Source of the DNA: a bacterium
GTDB taxonomy: Bacteria > UBA8248
DNA length: 64,000 bases
Direction: 5' to 3'
NCBI GenBank assembly: GCA_965261085.1
Contig: OZ253442.1
Coordinates: forward strand, 3,680,001-3,744,000
In this document: positions 30,001 to 38,318 of the stretch, in pieces
How positions within the stretch are numbered: the stretch's first letter is position 1
Layout: each line of letters starts with the position of its first letter
The notes under the pieces: generated by a model
What the model saw: only the letters and a program-made list of their open reading frames with translations
Databases searched by the model: none
What the model was told of the DNA's origin: nothing
Made by a program: the position numbers and the translations under genes

Positions 30001-33000
30001 TTCAAAGGTACTACGATAGGTGACCTGTCGGACAATGACGGTGACAAGACGTTCGCCATCGGACCGAATTCCTACACGATTGACAGGGTTACCGTTGGGG
30101 CAGCAGATGCTGGGATAGGAGGGTACTTGACGTTCAGTCTGACCAGCGCCCTAATCGTCACCGATAAGGAAAATCTGGTGCTGCATGTGGGCAGCGCCTC
30201 GTTCGCGTTCAGTAATCGGACTCCAACTTCTACACATGACTATTCCTGGTCGAGCACCCTGGACTGGTCGTCGGAAAGCACGGTCACGCTGCGGCTGCGC
30301 GAGGCGCCGGCCGGTCCGGACGCGACGCTGAGCGCTCTGGTCGTCAACGACGGTCGTAGGGACCTGACGCTGAGGCCGGGTTTCGCACCGGGCGCCACCT
30401 CCTACACGGCGTCGGTGGCGAACGCCGTCGCCGAAGTGACGGTGATGGCGACGCCGAACGATGCCGAGGCGACGATCGAATATCTGGACGCGTCCGACAC
30501 GACGCTCGCCGACGCCGACACCTCGGATACCGTCCAGCCGGTGACGCTGGCGGAGGGTGACAACGTCGTCAAGGTGAAGGTGACGGCCGAGGACACCACC
30601 ACGACCGAGACCTACACGGTGACGGTGATGCGCCTCGCCGCGGACGCTCCGGGCGTCGAGGGGCAGTTCCGCCTGGCGCCCGACACCGTGGACGACTACG
30701 CGGACGAGGATGAAGATCGCCTGAACGGGCATGTGGGGCGCGTCGAGGTGTTCCACGCCGGGCACTGGGGCACGGTGTGCAGCGACGGCTTCTCGAAGGA
30801 TAATACCTTCAGGTTCGCCCCGGACCTGGATGCGGACGGCGACCCATTGGGCACCTTCACGGAAACTACACCCGCCAACGAGGCGCCCGCCCTGGTCTGC
30901 CAGTCCATGGGCTACGACACCGGCGAATACGCGTCGGGCTACGGCCAGGGGGTGCCGAGCCAAACGTCCGAGCCGCAGATGACCTACTACCCGGTGGGCA
31001 GCACCTACCCGGCGGATGGACAGCAGCTTCCGCCGCTGCCCATCTGGCTCGACGACCTGACGTGCGCGGCGGGCGACGCCGATCTGACGGGGGAGAGCGC
31101 GCTGCGGGCACCGTTGGCGCACTGCGGGTACGCGGGCTGGGGGCTGCACAACTGCTCGCACAACGAGGATGCGGGGGTGCGCTGCTGGAACGAGTCGGGG
31201 AGCGCCATGGCCGGTGGGCGGGCGCTGAAGGCGCGGTTCGTGTCGCCGCCGGAGCACCATGACGGCTCGGGCCGGGTCAAGGTTCGGGTGGCGTTCAGCG
31301 AGGCGATCGAGGAGAGCCCGGAGAACGTCGGCGAGCACGGGGTGAAGGTCGAGGGCGGCCGGGTGACGTCGGTGCGCCAGGTGGACAACCGGCCGGGCGG
31401 AGGCGCGGCGGGTCGTTCGGCGGGCCGTTCGGGTGGCGGACAGGAAGACGGCGAGCGCGTGTGGGAGTTCGAGATCGAGCCGGGCTCGGACGACGACCTG
31501 ACGATGCGGATCGACGGGGGGCGTCCGTGCGACGAGCCGGGGGCGATCTGCACGGAGGACGGGCGTTCGCTGTCGGAGGGGATCGCGACGACGGTAGAGG
31601 GTCCGGGCCCTGCGCCGCTGACGGCGGCGTTCGAGGGCCTGCCGGAGGCGCATGACGGCGAGGACGCGTTCCACTTCCGGGTGGCGTTCAGCGAGGACAT
31701 CGGGATCGGCTTCCGGTCGATGCGCGACGACTCGTTCACGGTGTCCGGGGGCGAGGTGACCGGGGCGCGGCGGGTGGACGGGCGCAATGACCTGTGGGAG
31801 ATCACGGTCGCGCCCGAGACGGACGGGGCGGTGACGATCACGCTGCCGGGCGGGCGCGAGTGCGCGGTCTCCGGGGCGATCTGCACCCGGGGCGGGAACC
31901 GGCGGCTGTTGACCAACACGCCGGCGGCGACGGTGGCCGGCCCCGCGGTCGAGGCGGCGGTCGTGGCGCTGACGGCGAGTTTCGTGCAGGCGCCGGCGGA
32001 GCATGACGGGAAGACGGCGTTCAAGCTCAGGATCGCGTTCAGCGAGGGCATCTCGATCGGCTTCCGGACGTTCCGCGACCAGTCGTTGTCGGTGTCCGGC
32101 GGGAGCGTGACGAAGGCGAAGCGGGTGGACCGGCGCAAGGACCTGTGGGAGGCGACGGTCAAGCCGGGTTCGATTGGCGACGTGACGGTGACGCTCGAAG
32201 GCGGGCGCGCCTGCGGTACGCCGGGGGCGGTGTGCACCGGCGACGGGCGGGCGCTGTCGGCGACGATATCGACGAGGGTTCTGGGTCCGCCGGGTCTCTC
32301 GGTGGCGGATGCGGAGGTGGAGGAGGAACCGGACGCGGCGCTTGCGTTCGTGGTGAGGCTCGACCGGGCGCCTTCGGGGGCGGTGACGGTGGACTACGCG
32401 ACGGCCGACGGGACGGCGAAGGCGGGCGCCGACTACACGGCGGTGAGCGGTACGCTGACCTTCGCGGCCGGCGATAGGGCGAAGACGGTATCGGTCGCTG
32501 TGCTCGACGATGCGCACGACGAGGGGCGGGAGACGCTGACGCTCACGCTCTCGAACGCCTCGGGGGCGTATATCGCCGACGGTACGGCGACGGGGACGAT
32601 CAAGAACACCGACCACATGCCCAAGGCGTGGCTGGCGCGCTTCGGGCGCACGGTCGCGGAGCAGGTGCTGGAAGCCGTGGGCGCGCGCATCGAGGGGAAC
32701 TCTCCGGGTTCGACGCAGTTGACGCTCGGCGGCCACCAGGTGGTCCTGGGCGCTTCCTGGCCCGGGGCGGAGGGGACTCTCCTCGGGGATGCAAGCGTCC
32801 TCGGGCCGGACTTGAGGGAGACGAAGGACCTTCTCCGGGTGGAGGCGGACGACTCCCCCGCGCAAGAGATATCGACGGCCGGGCTGCTGATGGCGAGTTC
32901 GTTTCATATGGCCTCGGCAGGTGGCGGGAAGGAGGACGCGAACGGGCGCTGGTCGCTGTGGGCCCGGGGGTCGCGCGCGAGCTTCAGCGGCAAGGAGGAC

Positions 33001-34029
33001 GCGCTCACGCTCGAGGGGGACGTCTCGACGGGCCTCGTGGGCGCTGATTACGAGCGTGGCAGGGTCCTGGCGGGCGTGACGCTCGCCTACAGCACCGGGG
33101 AGGGTTCCTACACGGCCACCGGCGCGCGGGGCGAGGTGGAATCGACGCTCGCGAGCGCACACCCCTACCTGCGCTACACGGTGAGCGAGCGCCTCTCGGT
33201 CTGGGGCGTCCTGGGCCTGGGCGAGGGCGGGTTGACGCTCGAGGTGGAGAACACGGGGGGGATAGTGGAGCGCATGGAGACCGACATCTCCATGGGGATG
33301 GCGGCGTTCGGGGCCAGGGGCAAGCTCGCATCCGTTGCGGGCTACGACCTTGAGGTCAAGACCGACGTCCTCCTCGTGTGGACCGAGTCGGAAGCGGTGA
33401 CGAACCTCGTCTCGGCGGAGGCGCGCACGCAGCGCCTGCGCCTGGTGCTGGAGGGTTCGCGCGAGGTGAAGCTGGGTGGCGGCAGTGTCATCACGCCCTC
33501 CCTCGAGGTGGGCCTTCGTTTCGATGCGGGCGACGCGGAGACGGGAAGCGGCGTGGAACTGGGCGGCGGCCTCGGCTGGACGAATGCGAAGGGCCTCTCG
33601 GTGGAGGTGCGCGCAAGGGGCCTTCTCGCGCACGAGGAGCGCGATTATGAGGAATGGGGCGTGAGCGCCTCGCTCGCCCTCTCTCCCGGCGGGGACGGCC
33701 GGGGGCTCTCGATGCGGGTGGGTTCGGCCTGGGGCGCGGCCTCGGGCGGGACGGAGCGCCTCTGGTCGCAGCGCGCGGTGGCGGGGGGGGAGTTCGACCC
33801 CGACGCGCGATTAGAAGCCGAGGTGGGCTACGGACTGGACGCGATGCGCGGCCTGCTGACGCCCTATACGGGCGTGGCGCTCACCGGGAGCGGGGAGACC
33901 TGGCGCGCGGGAGCGCGCTGGAAGCTCGGTCCCGCCTTCGCCCTGAACCTCGAGGCCACGCTCGCCGAACCCGAAGGGGACGGTGAGCACGAAGCCGGAC
34001 TCGTCCTGAGGGGCTCGAAGCGCTGGTAG
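27094..34029 (+). CDS. Giant autotransporter-like adhesin: cadherin-like beta-sandwich x5, Cys/Trp modules x3, SRCR, HDG modules x3, Calx-beta, C-terminal beta-barrel
   Basis: Signal peptide (AQA), DATLS.L.V...VKVTAEDG..T.TY.VTV repeats, SRCR GRVEVFH.G.WGTVC.DGF...PIWLDDL.C...C...WG.HNCSHNEDAGVRC, Calx-beta VTVDYATADGTAKAGADY, WLARFGRT and terminal W. Confidence 0.9.
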   Translation: MTASVKASSPGNDGSRAHHGSPSGLRRRMAGGFLRSARALAAAALLLLSGGLALPAPAQAQTVTTLVSNTGQSTSGSVASIGAQPFTTGSAAVLTSVGFFLINNVSLDVGDIRVRILQDNSGSPGTALVTLSNPTALEDNGINTFTAPSGTNLAASTTYYVEVSMTDGTNGVPYNRTRSPSEDAGGATGWEIGNTRYFKNNKTDPWATSTNLMLIAIKGYEVGGTPSTDATLSGLTVTAGGTDLVTFASGTTDYTPMVANDVDEVTVTAMTTDSGATIEYLDASDMTLDDADTGVTDLQVALAVGDTVIKVKVTAEDGNATQTYMVTVTRAAAMTPTCTLNTGDLWCGVVTVGEIASGGHGFVSISGGNVGDLTDNSGDRSFTIGTSQYVVYRVAVSSFGLSFAVTRTTAGGVQSPGLLDDDRAKLHLHVDGHSASFAFSDVVLSGSLGYEWSGASLDWSSTGSVTVRLREVAALSSDATLSALTVTAGGTDLVTFASGTTDYTPMVANDVDEVTVTAMTTDSGATIEYLDGDDATLTDADTSDPGHQVALAVGDDTVIKVKVTAEDGNATQTYMVTVSRAAPTCTLNTGDGDIWCGVVTVEAYTSFGLTNTYGFVIAPLGAGALSDTGFSVGTNPYTIDYVTVNSTSGDLSFSLTSALTATDKEQLVLHVDSASFAFSDASFVDASDTYKWSGSGLDWSSEDYVTLRLREAAASTDATLSDLVVNDGTTDLTLTPTFASGMYTYTASVASTVAEVTVTPTKSDTNATIEYLDGSDMTLTDANTTDAGHQVAVAEGDTVIKVKVTAEDGNATQTYVVTVKRAAADASTDATLSDLVVNDGNMDLTLTPTFASSKYTYTAMVANTVTEVTVTPTKNDSGATIEYLDASNMTLTDADTGATGHQVAVAVGDTIIEVKVTAEDGDTTQTYTVTVNRAAAMPPTCTLNTGDLWCGVVAVGQVQLPDRGVIEYGFKGTTIGDLSDNDGDKTFAIGPNSYTIDRVTVGAADAGIGGYLTFSLTSALIVTDKENLVLHVGSASFAFSNRTPTSTHDYSWSSTLDWSSESTVTLRLREAPAGPDATLSALVVNDGRRDLTLRPGFAPGATSYTASVANAVAEVTVMATPNDAEATIEYLDASDTTLADADTSDTVQPVTLAEGDNVVKVKVTAEDTTTTETYTVTVMRLAADAPGVEGQFRLAPDTVDDYADEDEDRLNGHVGRVEVFHAGHWGTVCSDGFSKDNTFRFAPDLDADGDPLGTFTETTPANEAPALVCQSMGYDTGEYASGYGQGVPSQTSEPQMTYYPVGSTYPADGQQLPPLPIWLDDLTCAAGDADLTGESALRAPLAHCGYAGWGLHNCSHNEDAGVRCWNESGSAMAGGRALKARFVSPPEHHDGSGRVKVRVAFSEAIEESPENVGEHGVKVEGGRVTSVRQVDNRPGGGAAGRSAGRSGGGQEDGERVWEFEIEPGSDDDLTMRIDGGRPCDEPGAICTEDGRSLSEGIATTVEGPGPAPLTAAFEGLPEAHDGEDAFHFRVAFSEDIGIGFRSMRDDSFTVSGGEVTGARRVDGRNDLWEITVAPETDGAVTITLPGGRECAVSGAICTRGGNRRLLTNTPAATVAGPAVEAAVVALTASFVQAPAEHDGKTAFKLRIAFSEGISIGFRTFRDQSLSVSGGSVTKAKRVDRRKDLWEATVKPGSIGDVTVTLEGGRACGTPGAVCTGDGRALSATISTRVLGPPGLSVADAEVEEEPDAALAFVVRLDRAPSGAVTVDYATADGTAKAGADYTAVSGTLTFAAGDRAKTVSVAVLDDAHDEGRETLTLTLSNASGAYIADGTATGTIKNTDHMPKAWLARFGRTVAEQVLEAVGARIEGNSPGSTQLTLGGHQVVLGASWPGAEGTLLGDASVLGPDLRETKDLLRVEADDSPAQEISTAGLLMASSFHMASAGGGKEDANGRWSLWARGSRASFSGKEDALTLEGDVSTGLVGADYERGRVLAGVTLAYSTGEGSYTATGARGEVESTLASAHPYLRYTVSERLSVWGVLGLGEGGLTLEVENTGGIVERMETDISMGMAAFGARGKLASVAGYDLEVKTDVLLVWTESEAVTNLVSAEARTQRLRLVLEGSREVKLGGGSVITPSLEVGLRFDAGDAETGSGVELGGGLGWTNAKGLSVEVRARGLLAHEERDYEEWGVSASLALSPGGDGRGLSMRVGSAWGAASGGTERLWSQRAVAGGEFDPDARLEAEVGYGLDAMRGLLTPYTGVALTGSGETWRAGARWKLGPAFALNLEATLAEPEGDGEHEAGLVLRGSKRW

Positions 34030-34158
34030 CGGTGGACGGGGCAATCCCGCGCGCGCCTCCTGGAATCTTGAACGTGAAGCGAAAGGATGCGGGCGAGGGC
34101 CCGCGGGACATCGGGGACCGAAACCGGGTCCCCTGGATTACCGGAAAGGAATATCACC

Positions 34159-34587
34159 ATGACGGACGACACCACACCGGGCCATAACGGGATCGACATG
34201 ATCATTGAACCCGTCGAACCGAGCCCCGGCACGGGAGATGACGACAACGAGATCGGCGAGCCTTTCTGGGTGGAGCATCGCACCGAAGAAGGCGTGAAGA
34301 CCACGCACCTGCGCATCGTGCGGGTGTGCGACGACTCGATGGAGCCTGAGTTGCGCGAGGGCGAATGGGTCGTGGTCGACCTCGAGAGCCGGCGCCCGGA
34401 GGCGGGAGGAAAGTTCCTGATCAGGCTCGGGGAGAGCCTGGTGGCCAGACGAGCCGAGGCGATGCCCGGCGATGGTGCGGAGGACGAACGCCTGAGGCTC
34501 ATCCCGGCCAACCCCGCCTACGCCCCCTGCTTCGCAGAAGACGTCGAGGTCCTCGGCGAGGTGGAGTGGGAGGTCAGGCGGCCGTGA
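34159..34587 (+). CDS. Stand-alone S24/LexA-type peptidase-like domain (no HTH)
   Basis: VRVCDDSMEPELREGEWVVVD, LVARR (catalytic Lys position is Arg), LIPANPAY, VLGEV. Confidence 0.7.
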   Translation: MTDDTTPGHNGIDMIIEPVEPSPGTGDDDNEIGEPFWVEHRTEEGVKTTHLRIVRVCDDSMEPELREGEWVVVDLESRRPEAGGKFLIRLGESLVARRAEAMPGDGAEDERLRLIPANPAYAPCFAEDVEVLGEVEWEVRRP

Positions 34588-35300
34588 GGAACAGGCGCCT
34601 GACGCCCTGCGCCGGTAGAGGGAAGCGGCCCCTCCCGCGAAGCCGCAAGGCCATGAACGGATTGCCGGGGAACCGTCTGACGGCGGATGTCGTGGCGGAG
34701 TCCCCGATTGCCTGGATGACCCGGAAGAAAGACTCCCATGACGGACTGCATCATCAACGGCGGTGCGCTGCGATGGCGCCGAGGAGGAACGCCCGAGGCT
34801 CCGGCTCATCCCCACAGACCATTCTCCCTGCCGCGCAGAAGACGTCCATATCCGCAACAAGGTGTTGTGGGTGGTGCGGCGGGTGGTGCGGACGGGACGC
34901 CGGCGCCCTCCTCCCGGATAATGCTCCCTAGTTCGTGTCCGCCATCGGGTCCGTCAGCATGGTGGTGTGAGCGGCCGGAAGTGTTCCTCCTTACGGATCG
35001 CACATAAATGTCTTTCGCCCGCTTAGAGGCGGAGAAGCTTATTCATCGCTCGTGAAATTCTCCTACCCTGTTAATACTGTTGGGAAAGATTCATTCTCCT
35101 CGATCCCGTTAGGAATTCACCTTCTCCAGCATGTAACCAAACCGAAAGCGGATGAATTACAACTCGTGCGCATCTCGGCGGGTCTCTGTCGACCGTCCTG
35201 TAAAGTCCGGCCCGTAATAGCTTGATTGCGGTCATGCTTCGGCGCTCAGAAACATTCATCAGGGAACCACCGATTTGCGCCCGTGGTCCAGCCTGCGCGG

Positions 35301-35490
35301 CTAGCATGGTCGAGCGCAACAGATAATTTCCGCTTTCGCGCGAGGGCATTCCCTGCACTCTATGGCCTCCACATGTAGGGGCTCGATGAAGAGGCGGTTC
35401 GGGCTGATCTCGCGTTGTTGCGCCTCTTCATTGACGCGTTCCCACTGTTCGGGCGTGACGCGGATTTTCTTCTTTTCATATATGTTTATG
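35301..35490 (-). pseudogene. Degenerate RHH relaxosome-accessory-like gene, paralogue of 54376-54675
   Basis: KKIRVTPEQWERVNEEAQQREISPNRL aligns with KHIRVDEDHWRRIEKAAHERGISPSRL, then loses frame. Confidence 0.55.
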
Positions 35491-35803
35491 CCATACCCCT
35501 CTATTCCGTCGTCGCGGGGAGCCCCCGTTTTTTTGTCGCATTGCTGCGCAGCCCACCGCATGTGTGGGCAGGAATGCAACATGCGTGCAGGTTATGCGCT
35601 ATCGAAAACAATTTTCAGGCGCGTTTTTTTACTTTATGTTCGTTTCGATGGGAACGCTGGACACCCACACCGACATGCCCCCCGGCGATCGCCTGCGCCG
35701 CAGCGTTGCGGCGCAGGCGAGAGAGGAAGAGGCCCGGGCCATCCGCGCCGGGGTAACGGAGGAGGACCCTTTCGCCGGGTTCGGCCTCGAAGGAGATGCG
35801 CCG

Positions 35804-36049
35804 ATGAACGAGAACGGCAGGAATTACCTGAGCACACGGGAGGCGGCCGCACGGCTGCGCCTCTCGCCGAGGACGCTGGAGCGCTACCGTGTGAGCGGCA
35901 AGGGGCCGGTTTTCCACCGGTTCGGGTTCCGGGTGCGCTACCTGCCCGCGGACCTGGAGGTCTGGGACTCGGCGCGGCGACGGGTCCCGGCGCCGGACCG
36001 CGGTGGGACCGGACGGAGGACGGATGGTCGAGGACTGAGACCGATTTAG
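35804..36049 (+). CDS. Excisionase-like HTH (HTH_17/AlpA) protein
   Basis: YLSTREAAARLRLSPRTLERYR..G.GP.F..FG.RVRY...DL; AGGAG RBS. Confidence 0.8.
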   Translation: MNENGRNYLSTREAAARLRLSPRTLERYRVSGKGPVFHRFGFRVRYLPADLEVWDSARRRVPAPDRGGTGRRTDGRGLRPI

Positions 36050-36224
36050 GGCGCGGAGGTCCCTTCTACGGGGACGGGCGTAGCGGCCCGTCCGGGTCGA
36101 AGCGGTCGCCGTCCTCATCAATGAACTCGTAGCGGCCGAAGGAGGACCAGTCCCCGTGACGGAATCCCCGCCACAGTGCGCACGGGCGCACCACTATCCA
36201 CACAATCCTGAACAGGAGGACCGG

Positions 36225-38318
36225 ATGACGTACGGAAACGCAACCTTAAGGGGAGGCCAGACCCTCTTGCACGACGTCCATATGTGGGGCCAGCTCGTCC
36301 GCTGGGGGATTTTAGGACTCCTCCTGACGATCGTTCTGGTCCCCGTCATCGGGGTCTGGCGCACCACGAGCGCCCATGAATGGCGGGTCGTAGGCCTGGG
36401 TGTCTTGGCCGAGGCCAAGCTCGGCCTGGGATATTCTCCAGATTCGCGCCAGGCCTACGAGTGGCGCGAAGGCGCGCGGACGAGCGAGCGGATCGCCCTC
36501 ATCGCGGCGGACCCCCGGATCGAGCGGATCAAAAGGCGCCTCTTGGGCGCCATCCATGCAAAGGCCTGGCTGGGCCTCTGGATCGGCTTGGGCGGCATTC
36601 TCCTCTGCGCGCTCGCCTTCTGGTTCCTGGGCCGGCGCCTGGCCCGCGCACAGAGGGTCCGGGGAGCGGAGATGACATCCGCCGGTGCGCTCAGACGGCG
36701 CGTACAGCCCGCCTCCGCCCGCCTGGCGGAAGCCCTCTTCCCGAGCGCTCGACGGGCGTCTTGCCGCATCGCAGGGATACCCTGGCCAAAGCGCGCCGAG
36801 ACCCAGCACACCATCGTCTCGGGCACCACCGGTTCGGGCAAGACCGTCCTGATCTCGGACCTGGTCGCGCAGATCCGCGCCCGGGGGGAGCGCTGCATCC
36901 TCTACGACAAGATGGGGAGCTATACGGGGGCATACTACGACCCCGCCCGCGACGTTCTGATGAACCCCCTGGACGCCCGGGCGCCGCGCTGGTCGCCTTT
37001 TTTCGAGGCGAGGACGCCCCGGGACTTCGACACGATGGCCGCCGCTCTTATCCCCCAGCAGAAGGACACGGTGGACCCCTTCTGGGTCACGGCCGCGAGG
37101 CAGCTGTTCTCAAACGGCGCGGGCGTCCTCTGGAAACAGGGCGTGACCGAGAACCGGGTGCTGGTCGATCACCTGCTCAAGACCGAACTCACCGCCCTGG
37201 CCCAGGCCATGGAGGGCACGGTGGCCCAGTCCATCGTGGATCCGGAGAACCCCAAGACCGCTCTCTCGGTGCGCGCCATGCTGACCGCGCATTTGAGCGC
37301 GCTCGAGTTCCTGCCCGACACGGGCGCACCCTTCTCGATAAGAGAGTGGGTGGAACGCGAAGACGAGTCGGGCTTCCTGTTCCTGACCTCACGCGGGGAC
37401 CAGCACGCGAGCTTGAGAGGTCTCATCTCCACCTGGCTCGAGATCGCGGTGAACGCGCTCCTCTCCCTCGGCCGGGACGACGCGCGCAGGGTCTGGGTGG
37501 TGCTCGACGAACTTCCCACCTTACACCAGGTGCCGAGCTTACAGCCCGGTCTCGCGGAATCGCGCCAGTTCGGCGGGTGCTTCGTGCTCGGGATCCAGGT
37601 GTTCTCCGCCCTGCGCGACCTCTACGGCCGAAACGGCGCCGAGACCGTGTCGGGGCTCTGCGGCACCCGGGTGGTGCTGGCGGCGCCCGACCAGGAGACG
37701 GCGCGCTGGTCGGCCGAGAGCTTGGGACGCGGCGAGGTCACGGAATACGCGCAGGGCTTGAGCTACGGCGCGAGTTCCATGCGGGACGGGGTCTCGCTCA
37801 CCCAGCGCCGCGAGATGCGCCCCCTGGCCCTGCCGTCGGAGATCATGCGCCTCGAGAATTTATGCGGCTACCTCAAGTTCCCCGGTCCCTGGCCCGTGGC
37901 CCGGATCAGTCTTCCCTACGTGAAAAGGCCCAAAGCCGCCGAGAGCTTCGTGCCGAGAGGCGACATACCGGCCCTCGAGGCGAAGGACACGGAGGCCGAG
38001 CCACAGGAAACCCCGGGAAACGCAGAGGTGGAGGCATCCGCACTGCCCGGAGCACCGCCCGGAGCACCGCCCGGAGGGCGTGACACGGCGACAAGGGCCC
38101 GGGAGATGCCTGAACCGGAACCCCAGGGAGAACCCGGGCCGGCCCCGGCCGAATGCCGCGCGGTGGAGGCGGAAGGCGCGGAAATACCCGAGGTCGAGGC
38201 GGCTGGTTCCGACGGCCGGGATTCCGCCATTTACGGACAGCGGGAAGACCCCGCGGTCGATCCGGATGGACCCGTAGACGGCGGCGCGGAGGCGCGCCGG
38301 CCGGTCGACTGGCTGTAA
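36225..38318 (+). CDS. traD: Type IV coupling protein (TrwB/TraD family)
   Basis: Two TM segments, Walker A GTTGSGKT, NPLDAR..WSPF, Walker B WVVLDELPTL, R.FGGC.VLGIQ. Confidence 0.92.
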   Translation: MTYGNATLRGGQTLLHDVHMWGQLVRWGILGLLLTIVLVPVIGVWRTTSAHEWRVVGLGVLAEAKLGLGYSPDSRQAYEWREGARTSERIALIAADPRIERIKRRLLGAIHAKAWLGLWIGLGGILLCALAFWFLGRRLARAQRVRGAEMTSAGALRRRVQPASARLAEALFPSARRASCRIAGIPWPKRAETQHTIVSGTTGSGKTVLISDLVAQIRARGERCILYDKMGSYTGAYYDPARDVLMNPLDARAPRWSPFFEARTPRDFDTMAAALIPQQKDTVDPFWVTAARQLFSNGAGVLWKQGVTENRVLVDHLLKTELTALAQAMEGTVAQSIVDPENPKTALSVRAMLTAHLSALEFLPDTGAPFSIREWVEREDESGFLFLTSRGDQHASLRGLISTWLEIAVNALLSLGRDDARRVWVVLDELPTLHQVPSLQPGLAESRQFGGCFVLGIQVFSALRDLYGRNGAETVSGLCGTRVVLAAPDQETARWSAESLGRGEVTEYAQGLSYGASSMRDGVSLTQRREMRPLALPSEIMRLENLCGYLKFPGPWPVARISLPYVKRPKAAESFVPRGDIPALEAKDTEAEPQETPGNAEVEASALPGAPPGAPPGGRDTATRAREMPEPEPQGEPGPAPAECRAVEAEGAEIPEVEAAGSDGRDSAIYGQREDPAVDPDGPVDGGAEARRPVDWL

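Noticed and set aside
27770-30640. Diversity-generating retroelement acting on the adhesin repeats
   Set aside because: No reverse transcriptase in the window, and no TR/VR pair with adenine-specific differences was seen.
30151-33633. 1160-aa minus-strand ORF and many other long antisense ORFs
   Set aside because: Shadow ORFs of GC3-biased genes on the opposite strand, with no recognisable motifs.
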